A stretch of DNA of 64,000 bases from Hyphomonas sp. (GTDB taxonomy: Bacteria > Pseudomonadota > Alphaproteobacteria > Caulobacterales > Hyphomonadaceae): contig NZ_JBALUC010000005.1 of assembly GCF_036964145.1 (NCBI RefSeq), positions 83,012-147,011 of the forward strand, in the 5' to 3' direction. The first letter of the stretch is position 1; each line of letters begins with the position of its first letter. The notes under the pieces are model-generated. The model made no database searches, was not told the DNA's origin, and saw only the letters and a program-made list of their open reading frames with translations. This document shows, in pieces, positions 1 to 9,273 of this stretch. The position numbers and the translations under genes were made by a program.

Positions 1-1
1 C

Positions 2-1639
2 GTCTTCTTTATCCAGGATGCCATCAAGTTTCCGGATTTGATCCATGCAGCCAAGCCTGCCCCGGATCGCGGCTTCCCGCAGGCCCAGACGGCGCATGAC
101 AATTTCTGGGATTTCATCTCCCTGTCGCCGGAATCCATGAACATGGTGATGTGGATCATGTCAGACCGAACCATTCCGCGTTCATTCCGGTTCATGGAAG
201 GCTTCGGCGTCCACACATTCCGGTTTGTGAATGCAGACGGCAAAGCGACCTTTGTGAAGTTCCACTGGAAACCAAAACAGGGCCTCCAATCGGTGGCCTG
301 GAACGAAGCGCTCAAGATCAATGGCGCCGACCCGGATTTCCACCGCCGAGACCTGTGGGATGCCATCCAGATGGGTGACTATCCTGAGTGGGAGCTCGGC
401 GTGCAACTGTTCGACGAGGAATTTGCCGAGAATTTCGAGTTCGACGTGCTCGACGCGACCAAGATCATACCCGAAGAACAAGTGCCGGTTCGCATTGTCG
501 GGCGTATGGTCTTGAACCGTGTCGTCGATAATTTCTTCGCCGAGACCGAACAGGTCGCCTTCTGTACCCAGAACATTGTGCCCGGCGTCGACTTCACGGC
601 CGACCCGCTGCTGCAGGGCCGCAACTTTTCCTATCTGGACACCCAGTTGAAGCGCCTTGGCGGTCCGAACTTCACGCATATCCCGATCAACCGTCCGCAA
701 TGCCCGATGCGCCACTTCCAGCAGGATGGACATATGGCGATGGAGAACCCCAAGAGCCGCGCCAATTACGAGCCCAACAGCTGGGGACCGGAAGAAGGCG
801 GCCCGCGCGAAGATCCGGCCAAGGGATACCGGTCCTACGCCGAGTCCGTCGGCGGAGAAAAGACACGCCTGCGTCCGGAATCTTTTGCCGATCATTACAG
901 CCAGGCCCGCCAATTCTATGTCAGCCAGACCAAGGTCGAGCAAAAGCACATGGCAGATGCCCTGACCTTCGAGCTCAGCAAGGTTCAGAAGATGGAAATC
1001 CGTCTTCGCATGCTGTCGCACCTGCTGAACATTGATGAGGATCTGGCAAAGAAAGTGGCGGATGGCCTCGGCGTGTCCGACATGCCACCAGCAGCTGACC
1101 CGGCGAGCCCGCCCATCACGGATCTACCTGCCTCCGATCCCCTGAGCATCCTGAAGAATGCTCCGGGCAGTTTCGCTGGCCGCAAGCTGGGGATCTTTGC
1201 CACTGACGGCGCGGATGCAGACCTTCTGAACGCGCTGAAAGAGGAAGTCACCTCGGCAGGCGGAATGACGATGCTGATCAGCCCGAAAGTGGGCGGGATC
1301 ACGCTCAGTGACGGATCCCACATGGCGGCCGACGAAAAGATCGATGGTGGTCCATCAGTGCTCTTCGATGCCGTCGCCCTGCTGATCTCAGAAGACGGCG
1401 CGGACATGGTGAAGAACGACGCCCCCAGCCGGGATTTCGTGGCGGATGCGTTCGCGCATTGCAAATTCATCGGCTATGTCGAAACGGCCCAGCCTCTCAT
1501 GGAGAAGGCCAGCGTCTGGGATGCCAAGGATGAGGGCTGTATCGCACTCAGCAAGACCGGAGATGTACCTGGTTTCGTGAAGACACTCGGCAAGCTCCGC
1601 CATTGGGATCGCGAACCGATGGTTGACCTTGACGGCTAG
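2..1639 (+). CDS. katE: Catalase HPII (large-subunit catalase with C-terminal DJ-1/PfpI-like domain), 5' end outside window
   Basis: Frame open from base 2 ([16 protein letters not shown]...); catalase motifs [36 protein letters not shown]; C-terminal GRKLG...SVLFDAV domain. Confidence 0.97.
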   Translation, partial: VFFIQDAIKFPDLIHAAKPAPDRGFPQAQTAHDNFWDFISLSPESMNMVMWIMSDRTIPRSFRFMEGFGVHTFRFVNADGKATFVKFHWKPKQGLQSVAWNEALKINGADPDFHRRDLWDAIQMGDYPEWELGVQLFDEEFAENFEFDVLDATKIIPEEQVPVRIVGRMVLNRVVDNFFAETEQVAFCTQNIVPGVDFTADPLLQGRNFSYLDTQLKRLGGPNFTHIPINRPQCPMRHFQQDGHMAMENPKSRANYEPNSWGPEEGGPREDPAKGYRSYAESVGGEKTRLRPESFADHYSQARQFYVSQTKVEQKHMADALTFELSKVQKMEIRLRMLSHLLNIDEDLAKKVADGLGVSDMPPAADPASPPITDLPASDPLSILKNAPGSFAGRKLGIFATDGADADLLNALKEEVTSAGGMTMLISPKVGGITLSDGSHMAADEKIDGGPSVLFDAVALLISEDGADMVKNDAPSRDFVADAFAHCKFIGYVETAQPLMEKASVWDAKDEGCIALSKTGDVPGFVKTLGKLRHWDREPMVDLDG

Positions 1640-1673
1640 GGCAAGGCCCAGCCCTGGAATTGAAACGAACATC

Positions 1674-1704
1674 AAGGAAGGCGGCCAGGTCGCCTTCCTT
1701 TTTT
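1674..1704. terminator. Intrinsic terminator between convergent katE and hypothetical gene
   Basis: AAGGAAGGCG-gccaggt-CGCCTTCCTT hairpin followed by TTTT. Confidence 0.8.
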
Positions 1705-1978
1705 ATGTGTCCATTACACGGCGGACCCATTTCGTGGTGCCTTCTTCCATGCCTTTGAATTTGGGCAGGGAGTCCAGGCGACCAACGAACAGGGCGTCCG
1801 GCTGGGCGAGGCGTTTGACGTGGTGGTAGAGCCTGGCCTGCGTCTCCGGCGTTGAAACAAGAAACAGACGTTCATCCAGCTTCCGGGTCATCAGAGAGAT
1901 ATTGGAGGCCTGCAGCATTTTCCCGCCCGTGTAATAGACGACAAACATATCGGCGTCCGGCAAATCTGGATCAATCAT
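1703..1978 (-). CDS. Hypothetical protein (91 aa)
   Basis: Fills the gap between the tRNA and the katE terminator; protein-like composition; no family recognised. Confidence 0.6.
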   Translation of the reverse strand: MIDPDLPDADMFVVYYTGGKMLQASNISLMTRKLDERLFLVSTPETQARLYHHVKRLAQPDALFVGRLDSLPKFKGMEEGTTKWVRRVMDT

Positions 1979-2042
1979 GGAAACATCCCGTCATTTTTGA
2001 AATAACGCGGCAGGCTTCAGGAGGTTTCGAAAGACTTCGGAA

Positions 2043-2117
<75 letters not shown>

Positions 2118-2161
2118 GATCCATTCGGAAGCAGGGGTAATGGATAATTCGGCGCGCGCCG

Positions 2162-2482
2162 TCAAGACGGGTTTGGCGGTGTAACGACGCAGAGGGCAAT
2201 TTTCTGCAGTATTGGCTCCGGCGTTTCGGGATCTTCAGCGAAAAACCAGACCTCCCCAAACGGGTCATTTGCAGAAAATGCATGCTCTTCCAACTGGAAT
2301 GAAAACCAGTGGCCAAGTTCCGAGGGCGTCAGGGAGACGATGTTCAGACCCTCAAGGGTGGAAAGGCGCAAAATGCAGTCGTCGAGGCTCATGGCTGCTG
2401 GCGCATCGAAGAAATGCCGGCCAGCATCATGGGATATGGATTTCAGCAGCTTGGGAGGCTCAATGTCAGAGCCCTCCCCCAT
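2162..2482 (-). CDS. Hypothetical protein (106 aa), translationally coupled to cpdR
   Basis: ATG overlaps the cpdR TGA stop by one base at 2482. Confidence 0.65.
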   Translation of the reverse strand: MGEGSDIEPPKLLKSISHDAGRHFFDAPAAMSLDDCILRLSTLEGLNIVSLTPSELGHWFSFQLEEHAFSANDPFGEVWFFAEDPETPEPILQKIALCVVTPPNPS

Positions 2483-2841
2483 CAGGCCGCCATCACCTTG
2501 TCGACTTCGTCGACGATCTCGCGAAGATGGAACGGCTTTGACAGCACCTTGGCGCCAGCAGGGGTCGGCGCCCCGGAGGACAGTGCCACGGCCGCAAATC
2601 CCGTGATGAAGACGATCTTCATGGCCGGGTCCAGTTCGGCGCCGCGGCGCGCGAGTTCGATGCCATCCAGGCCCGGCATGACGATATCGGTCAGCAGCAG
2701 GTCGAAGACTTCCCGTTCGAGCGCAGACAGGGCACTTTCACCGTCGGCATAGTCCTGGATTTCGTGCCCGGCGCGGCGCAGGGCAGCGGCCAGGAACATG
2801 CGCATGGAGTCATCATCTTCGGCCAGCAATATCTTGGTCAC
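2482..2841 (-). CDS. cpdR: Single-domain response regulator CpdR
   Basis: KILLAEDD...DLLLTDIVMPGLDGIELARR...KIVFITGFAAVAL...LSKPFHLREIV; divergent from N-formylglutamate amidohydrolase as in other alphaproteobacteria. Confidence 0.93.
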   Translation of the reverse strand: MTKILLAEDDDSMRMFLAAALRRAGHEIQDYADGESALSALEREVFDLLLTDIVMPGLDGIELARRGAELDPAMKIVFITGFAAVALSSGAPTPAGAKVLSKPFHLREIVDEVDKVMAA

Positions 2842-3001
2842 GCGGAAAGCCCTCTTCTCGGTAGAACCCTAAGCATAAAGACCTAGTTCGGTAAATCAGG
2901 CGTGAATACGCAGCCGGGCAAAGCCGTAAATTTGCGCCGCAACTGTCCGGTGATCGGCAAAAAGGCTTGACCTTCAGGCAAACAGGGAAACGATGTGGTG
3001 G

Positions 3002-3931
3002 ATGACAGACGCCCCCCAATTTCTTGACAGGCCTGAACATTTTGAGCGGTCGCCCCTTCTGCCGGAGAGCGCGTCGACGATGGTTGGGTATGAAATCCCC
3101 TATCGGCTAGAAATACCGGAAAAAATGTCTGCGCCGGTTGTTTTTGCGTCGCCGCATTCCGGCAGCCTCTATCCGGGCGACATGCGCGAGGCCCTCTGTG
3201 TGCCCCTCGAGACCGTTCGCCGGACGGAAGATGCGTTTGTAGATGAGCTGTTTCGCGCAGTCCCTCACAAGGGCGGCATCCTTGTTGCGGCGAAATACGC
3301 CCGCACGGTCGCAGACCTCAACCGGGACCCAAGGGAACTGGACCCGGACATGTTCAGCGACGGCGTCCCTCGCCCATGCGGCATGCCGACCGCCCGGGTC
3401 GATGCCGGGCTGGGCTGCCTGCCCCGCGTCGCGGCCCGGGGAGAAACCATTTATGGCCGCCGCCTCACCCGCGCGGAGGGCGAAGCGCGCCTGTCCGGCA
3501 TCCACGACCTCTACCATCAATGCCTCGCGACAGAGCTTGGCAGTCTGAAAGAACGCAATGGCCGCGCTTTCCTGATCGACTGTCACTCCATGCCCAGCGT
3601 CCAGCCCGGACGACGAAACCTGGCAGACATCGTGCTGGGCGATCGGTTCGGCTCCAGCTGTGACCCACGCCTGACCGGACGGATTGAGCGGGCATTCCGG
3701 GCGCACGGATTCAGCGTGGCGCGCAATGCCCCCTATGCCGGCGGCTATACGACACGCCGCTATGGTCGGCCCAAACGCGACTTCCATGCTGTCCAGATCG
3801 AGATCAATCGCGGTCTCTATATGGATGAGCAGGCCGTGGCGACGAATTCGGGCTTTGAGCAGTTGCAGCAGACCCTGGCCGGCATTGTCGACGAGATCCT
3901 CTCAGTGGCAGACCAGATCGGCCAACGTTGA
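3002..3931 (+). CDS. N-formylglutamate amidohydrolase
   Basis: VVFASPHSG, EDAFVDELF, DLNR, LIDCHSMPS, NAPYAGGY, HAVQIEINRGLYMDE motifs. Confidence 0.92.
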   Translation: MTDAPQFLDRPEHFERSPLLPESASTMVGYEIPYRLEIPEKMSAPVVFASPHSGSLYPGDMREALCVPLETVRRTEDAFVDELFRAVPHKGGILVAAKYARTVADLNRDPRELDPDMFSDGVPRPCGMPTARVDAGLGCLPRVAARGETIYGRRLTRAEGEARLSGIHDLYHQCLATELGSLKERNGRAFLIDCHSMPSVQPGRRNLADIVLGDRFGSSCDPRLTGRIERAFRAHGFSVARNAPYAGGYTTRRYGRPKRDFHAVQIEINRGLYMDEQAVATNSGFEQLQQTLAGIVDEILSVADQIGQR

Positions 3932-3968
3932 TCTGACGGACCCCCACCTACTCCAATGCCTTGTTTTC

Positions 3969-4046
3969 AAAAAAAAGGCCGCGCTACGAGAGCGCGGCCA
4001 AGGTCAAAGGGAGGAAACGCCAGAGGCGTCTGCACCGGAGTGCATG
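3969..4046 (-). ncRNA. mmgR: alpha-r8 / suhB / MmgR-family small RNA
   Basis: Minus strand has two short hairpins, then the conserved core TTTCCTCCCT, then terminator GGCCGCGCT-ctcgt-AGCGCGGCC-T8; convergent with the N-formylglutamate amidohydrolase gene (known synteny). 5' end approximate. Confidence 0.8.
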
Positions 4047-4220
4047 ACCAGATTTATGTTGCGGCGCACAAAACGCAACAGTTGAATTCGTAAAAGTCTG
4101 CATTTTTGAAAACCAGCCCAAATTTTAGGCAAATCTGCTTATCGGCACGCCGTTTGCGTAGGACCAGTCCGAACATCCCGTTTTGGGACTGATACCGGTC
4201 CCATGCGCAAGGAGCTGAAC

Positions 4221-4616
4221 ATGGCTGATGAAACAGACCTGCACGTGGGCAAACGCCTTCGCCGCCGCCGCCGACTGCTTGGCATGACCCAGCAGGACCT
4301 TGCGAGCCAGGTGGGTGTGCGTTTCCAACAGATCCAGAAATATGAGTGCGGCGCGAACCGCATTACGGCATCTCGCCTCTACGAATTGGCCAAGGCCATG
4401 AACGTATCGGTGCAGTATTTCTTTGATGGCATTCCCGCTGCCGACGCTCCGGACGCCGCCAATGATGCCGAACGCATGGAAGGCGACATCCTCTCACAGA
4501 AAGAGACGCTGGAACTGGTCCGCGCCTATTACCGCCTCGGCGAACGCCCGCGCAAACGCCTGCTGGAACTGGCCAAGGCGCTGGAAGGCGACACGAGCAG
4601 TACAGGCGTCGCTTGA
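4221..4616 (+). CDS. XRE/Cro-CI family transcriptional regulator (PhrR/PraR-like)
   Basis: DLHVGKRLRRRR...QQIQKYECGANRITASRL HTH_3; AGGAG RBS. Confidence 0.9.
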   Translation: MADETDLHVGKRLRRRRRLLGMTQQDLASQVGVRFQQIQKYECGANRITASRLYELAKAMNVSVQYFFDGIPAADAPDAANDAERMEGDILSQKETLELVRAYYRLGERPRKRLLELAKALEGDTSSTGVA

Positions 4617-4649
4617 CGACCTCTGCCGGGCGGGGCAAGCCCTGCCCGG

Positions 4650-5465
4650 ATGACAAATTCCTTCTCCCTTGAAGATGAGCTGGCCTTCGCAGGCCGTCTC
4701 GCAGATGCGGCCTGGACAGCCATCCGGCCGCATTTTCGTGCGCTGGATGCGGTCGACAACAAGATCACCACCGCCCAAGCCATGTTTGACCCGGTCACGG
4801 CCGCCGATACGGGCGCCGAAACCGCTATGCGCGCCCTGATCGAGGCGGAGCGGCCTGATCATGGCATCATCGGCGAGGAATTTCCCGCTAAACCCTCGAA
4901 GAACGGGTTCACCTGGCTGCTCGACCCGATTGATGGCACGCGCGCCTTCGTGGGCGGGTTGCCGACCTGGACGACGCTGATCGCCTTGTGTGACGAAGCC
5001 GGCACGCCCCTCATCGGCATCATTGACCAGCCGGTTCTGGACGAGCGTTATCTCGGCTGGCCGGGCGGCGCAGCTCTTCAGCATGCGGGCGAGCAAAGCC
5101 CGATCCGGGTGTCTGATTGCCGCGATCTGCGCGAAGCGGTCATCTCCACGACGGATCCATTCATCCTGAACCCGGCCGAACAGGGCGCCTGGACGCATTT
5201 GCGTGCCACCGCCCGGATCAGCCGCTATGGCCTTGATGCCTATGCCTATGCCCGGCTCGCCGCTGGCACGATCGATCTTGTGGCGGAAAGCAGCCTGAAG
5301 GCATGGGATGTGGCCGCGCTGATCCCCGTGGTACGCGGCGCAGGCGGCCTCGCTACAGATTGGCGCGGCAATCCGCCGAAGCTCGGGGGCCAGATCGTCT
5401 GCTGCGCCAGCGCGGAAATCCTCGAACAGGCCCTGCTGGCGCTCCGGCGATCCGCCGACACTTGA
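4650..5465 (+). CDS. hisN: Histidinol-phosphatase, inositol monophosphatase family
   Basis: DPVTAAD, GIIGEE, WLLDPIDGTRAF, WDVAALIPVV motifs. Confidence 0.85.
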   Translation: MTNSFSLEDELAFAGRLADAAWTAIRPHFRALDAVDNKITTAQAMFDPVTAADTGAETAMRALIEAERPDHGIIGEEFPAKPSKNGFTWLLDPIDGTRAFVGGLPTWTTLIALCDEAGTPLIGIIDQPVLDERYLGWPGGAALQHAGEQSPIRVSDCRDLREAVISTTDPFILNPAEQGAWTHLRATARISRYGLDAYAYARLAAGTIDLVAESSLKAWDVAALIPVVRGAGGLATDWRGNPPKLGGQIVCCASAEILEQALLALRRSADT

Positions 5466-5469
5466 GCGC

Positions 5470-6471
5470 CTAGGGGCCCTCGACCTCATATCCTTTGGCT
5501 TCCAGCATCTCGATGACGCTGTCTTCACCCGCCAGATGGCCAGCGCCCACCGCGATCAACCGCGTGCCGGGCTCATCCAGCATGGCTTCGATCTTTCCGA
5601 CCCAAACTTCGTTGCGCGATTTCAACAACGCCTCATAAACCTCGTCTGAGCCCATCATGTCCGGATTGGACATGAGCAGGCCAATGCCATGCACATCGCC
5701 ATCGACCCATTCGGAGACCAGCGTGTCGAGCACGTCGCCGCCTTCCTCGATCGACTCCGCAGAGCTGACCAGAAAATCCACTTGAACGTCGGTCGGCATG
5801 TTGGCAAGCCGGCCAAGCTGCTCGTCAATCGTCTCCAGATAGGCAAATGACTTGCCCGCCGCGCGCGCCTCAGCGCCCAGCACGGTCTCAACGCCGGAAT
5901 TCGGGTCGAAGCCCTCTTTCTTGATCTGCAGCACGGACAGATTGACCGCCGCCCACCAGGGCCGGAACGGCTCTATCGCGCCGAGCGGCAGGCCGACATG
6001 GTCCAGCGCCTTCTGCAATTCGGCACGCTCCAACTCGCTGAGCAGGCTCGACAATTGCTGGCCGCCTTCGAGCATACCTTCGTTCGAAATGAATTTCATC
6101 ATTTCGGAAGCGGCCGCCTGGCTCGTTACATCTGCTTCAAACACGATTGTGTCGGCCTCGGCAAAGGCGGAATCCATCTCGTCACTGCGCCAATCCAGAT
6201 CCGGGCGAAGCAAATGCACTGTGCCGAAAATATAGAGCGTCGTGTCTTCGTCACTGAGCGTCCAGAGCGCGGGCTCCCCTGCCCCGCGAGACGCCTCGGC
6301 TTCAGCCAGGGCGTCTTCATAGGCGGCTTTCTGGGCTTCCAGCTGCGCGGCGCGGTCGGCGCCCTCGTCTCGCGAAATTGGCTTTTCGGCCCCTTCATCA
6401 GGCCCACAGGCCGTAACGCCGAGCAGCAGCGCCATCGCTGCCCCTGTCATGACAGTGGAAAACTTCCGCAT
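5470..6471 (-). CDS. TraB/GumN family lipoprotein
   Basis: Lipobox (LLLGVTAC); PALW, LYIFGTVHLL, LETIDEQL, RN..W, AVGAGHLAG motifs. Confidence 0.9.
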   Translation of the reverse strand: MRKFSTVMTGAAMALLLGVTACGPDEGAEKPISRDEGADRAAQLEAQKAAYEDALAEAEASRGAGEPALWTLSDEDTTLYIFGTVHLLRPDLDWRSDEMDSAFAEADTIVFEADVTSQAAASEMMKFISNEGMLEGGQQLSSLLSELERAELQKALDHVGLPLGAIEPFRPWWAAVNLSVLQIKKEGFDPNSGVETVLGAEARAAGKSFAYLETIDEQLGRLANMPTDVQVDFLVSSAESIEEGGDVLDTLVSEWVDGDVHGIGLLMSNPDMMGSDEVYEALLKSRNEVWVGKIEAMLDEPGTRLIAVGAGHLAGEDSVIEMLEAKGYEVEGP

Positions 6472-6602
6472 CTCTGACTCCTGAAATTATGTCTGTTCCA
6501 GACCTATCCCAATCGGACCGAGGCGCAAGCGCCGAGCGCCACGCAAACCGCATTCCGGCGTTGCACTCGGCGGCAGCTTGCCGTATTCACCGGCTTCGGT
6601 TT

Positions 6603-6679
6603 GCACCCATAGCTCAGCTGGATAGAGCGCTGCCCTCCGAAGGCAGAGGTCAGAGGTTCGAATCCTCTTGGGTGCGCCA
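6603..6679 (+). tRNA. tRNA-Arg(CCG)
   Basis: GCACCCATAGCTCAGCTGGATAGAGCGCTGCCCTCCGAAGGCAGAGGTCAGAGGTTCGAATCCTCTTGGGTGCGCCA. Confidence 0.97.
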
Positions 6680-6714
6680 TATTCCCGGTTAATTGTTCGC
6701 ACCCACGGTCTCGA

Positions 6715-7185
6715 TCAGCCCAATTCCCCAACATCCAGATATGGTGCGGCATCAAGCGCCTCGGCGTCGAGGAGGCCCGCGGCGCGTTCGAGGGCGGCGA
6801 CGAGCATGGCTTGTTCCCAGTCTGGCAGCGTGTCGAAACGCACTGCAAAGGTCTCGTGCAGCGGGTCCGGCGCGACAGACAGCGCCTCCTTTCCCTCCGG
6901 CAAGAGGTTCAGCCAGACCCGGCGGCGATCCGTGTCACAGCGGCGCCGGGCAATCAGGCCGCGCGCTTCCAGTTTGTCGACGAGGCTGGTGATGGTGGCG
7001 TGCTTGAGCTGAGTTCCCTCCGCGACATGGCCGGCGGAGACCTCCCCCTGCTCGTCCAGCATACGCAACACCGTCAATTGCGACGGGGTCAGCCCGGCCG
7101 TCTGGGCAAGGCGTTTGGAGGCGAGTTCGGTCATGCGCTGGATCTTGCGCAGCGCAATCAAGGCATCATCGGACCGTGTGCTCAC
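6715..7185 (-). CDS. MarR family regulator (EctR/CosR-like)
   Basis: [28 protein letters not shown] winged helix; C-terminal LDAAPYLD resembles EctR/CosR; GTG start 10 nt after the sulfotransferase stop. Confidence 0.85.
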   Translation of the reverse strand: MSTRSDDALIALRKIQRMTELASKRLAQTAGLTPSQLTVLRMLDEQGEVSAGHVAEGTQLKHATITSLVDKLEARGLIARRRCDTDRRRVWLNLLPEGKEALSVAPDPLHETFAVRFDTLPDWEQAMLVAALERAAGLLDAEALDAAPYLDVGELG

Positions 7186-7195
7186 ATGAGAAACC

Positions 7196-9187
7196 CTATT
7201 CAGGCGCGAGGTCTGGCCCCAGCGCGGCTTTCAGAGGCTGAAGGTGTGCCTCATAGGGGCGCCATTGTTCAAGTCCGCTCTTGTTGATCGGGCGGCGTAC
7301 CTGTTCGGAGCTCGCCGTGCGCACAGCCCGGTCAGTCTTGTGAAAGTCGACACAGGCCCGGTCGAAGGGCAGGCCGCAATAGTCGAGGATACGCCGTACC
7401 TGGCCTTCGAGGTCATCGAGCACGTCTTCATGCTGGACCCGCAGGATGCGCCCCTCTGGCAGGACGCTGTCCCAATGCGCCATCAGGTCGACATAGCCGC
7501 GATAATAATTGCCGATATCGTCCAGGCTGTAAGTGAATTCCTGGCCTTCCGCGAACAGCTGCTTGAAGCCGGACCAGCAGCAATCCATCGGGTTGCGCCG
7601 GGCGTCGATGATCCTGGCATTTGGCAGGATCAGATGGATCAGGCCGATATGCCGGAAATTGTTCGGCATCTTGTCGGTGAAGAAGGCCGCGCCCTGACGG
7701 TGGATGCGCGTCGTTTCGATATATTCCTCGCCAAGCGCCTTGAACTCCTCCGCTGGCAGTTCATGCAGGATGCGGGGATAGCGTTCCCGATCCGTCAGCT
7801 GCTTGCGCCCGCGCAGGCGGTGGGCGAGCGACAGGATATTGGGCAGCTCCAGCGTTCCGTCCACGTCGGGATGCGAGGCAAGAATCTGTTCGATCAGGGT
7901 TGAGCCGGCGCGCGGCAGACCGAGAATGAAGATCGGGTCCGGTGCAGCGCACCCTTTCCCGCCCTGGGCCTCGAACAGATCGGCCGTGCAGATGGCTTTC
8001 TGCGCGTCGAACTCGGCATGCATCTGCTCGGTCGTGTAGCGCACCGTCTGGTGCTTCAGTGCATTGCCTTGTGCATAGGCCGTAAAGGCGGCGTCATGAT
8101 TGCCGCGATCTTCCTGCGCCTTGCCAAGGGCAAAGGCGATGTGGATGCGGGACATGTGGTCAATGTCCGGCGCCGCGAACTGAGCCTCGAGCCGGGAAAG
8201 TTCATCATCGCCGAATGTATAGGTCTTCAAATTTGCGAGACCATACCAGGCATCCCCCTGCCCCGGCGCAATCTCGGTTGCAGCCTGGTAGGAGGCGATC
8301 GCATCCTCCGTACGCCCATAGGTCTTCAGGGCATGTCCGCGTGAGACAAGCGTGGCCGGATCGTTCGGAATTTTCTCGAGAACGCGCTCAAAATAATCCA
8401 GCGCCGTTTCATAGTCGCCCGCCTGCATGCTTTCGATAGCAAAGTGCGACTGGAACAAGGGATTGTCCGGGTCGCGCGCCATCAGCACTTTGGCCTGCTC
8501 AAGCGCCTCGGCGAATTTCTGCCGCTTGCGCAGCACCTGGATATAGTCGAGCCGGAGCTGGATATTATCGGGATCGAGATCGACGGCACTTTCCAGCAGG
8601 AAGTCTGCATCTTCCTGGACGCCTAGACGCGAGCCGATATCAGCCAGCAAACGCATGCCCTCGACATGGGTCGGGTGACGCTGAAGAAACGCACGCGCGA
8701 TTTCCTCGGCGCGAAAGACGCGGCCTTCATGAATATGATTGGTCACGGCTTGCAGGTCACGCGGCAGAGCGCGGACTCGCTCAGTCTGCGCGCGGGCATT
8801 GCTGGCTGCGTCGTTATTGCCCGCCTGCTGGTACAAGTCGCCCAGCGCAGACCAGCTGGCAATGAGCGCCGGGTTGTAGCGCGTTGCGCGCTCATATGCG
8901 CCGATGGCACCGGGCATATCTCCGAGCTTTCGTTTGAGGTGACCTTCTTCCTGATAGGCCCGGCCGAAATCCGGAGATACCGCCTTCAGGGTTGCAAGAT
9001 GTGCAAGAGCGTCGGCGCTACGGCCCTCATAGCGCGCGCAGACCGCCGCCATGTATAGCGCATCCTTGTGAGTGGGATCGCCTGCCAGAATTGTATCGGT
9101 GATCCGCGCGGCGGCAGCGAAGTCGCCTGCCTGAATGGCTTTTTGCGCGTCCCGAAGGGCGAGGTCCGGATCGGCCGTGGCGGTCAT
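7196..9187 (-). CDS. TPR-repeat-containing sulfotransferase
   Basis: N-terminal TPR helices; PIFILGLPRAGSTLIEQIL (PAPS 5'-phosphosulfate loop), TDKMPNNF, RNPMDCCWS. Confidence 0.9.
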   Translation of the reverse strand: MTATADPDLALRDAQKAIQAGDFAAAARITDTILAGDPTHKDALYMAAVCARYEGRSADALAHLATLKAVSPDFGRAYQEEGHLKRKLGDMPGAIGAYERATRYNPALIASWSALGDLYQQAGNNDAASNARAQTERVRALPRDLQAVTNHIHEGRVFRAEEIARAFLQRHPTHVEGMRLLADIGSRLGVQEDADFLLESAVDLDPDNIQLRLDYIQVLRKRQKFAEALEQAKVLMARDPDNPLFQSHFAIESMQAGDYETALDYFERVLEKIPNDPATLVSRGHALKTYGRTEDAIASYQAATEIAPGQGDAWYGLANLKTYTFGDDELSRLEAQFAAPDIDHMSRIHIAFALGKAQEDRGNHDAAFTAYAQGNALKHQTVRYTTEQMHAEFDAQKAICTADLFEAQGGKGCAAPDPIFILGLPRAGSTLIEQILASHPDVDGTLELPNILSLAHRLRGRKQLTDRERYPRILHELPAEEFKALGEEYIETTRIHRQGAAFFTDKMPNNFRHIGLIHLILPNARIIDARRNPMDCCWSGFKQLFAEGQEFTYSLDDIGNYYRGYVDLMAHWDSVLPEGRILRVQHEDVLDDLEGQVRRILDYCGLPFDRACVDFHKTDRAVRTASSEQVRRPINKSGLEQWRPYEAHLQPLKAALGPDLAPE

Positions 9188-9218
9188 GGCGTGGCGTAAA
9201 GCTCCAGTCAAAATGAAA

Positions 9219-9247
9219 ACAGCGCCCTGAACCTGTCAGGGCGCTGT
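9219..9247 (-). terminator. Hairpin/terminator between TonB receptor and sulfotransferase
   Basis: ACAGCGCCCTGA-acctg-TCAGGGCGCTGT 12-bp stem, followed on minus strand by TTTCATTTT. Confidence 0.65.
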
Positions 9248-9273
9248 GTCTGTATCAAGTAGGCGCCTGTGTC

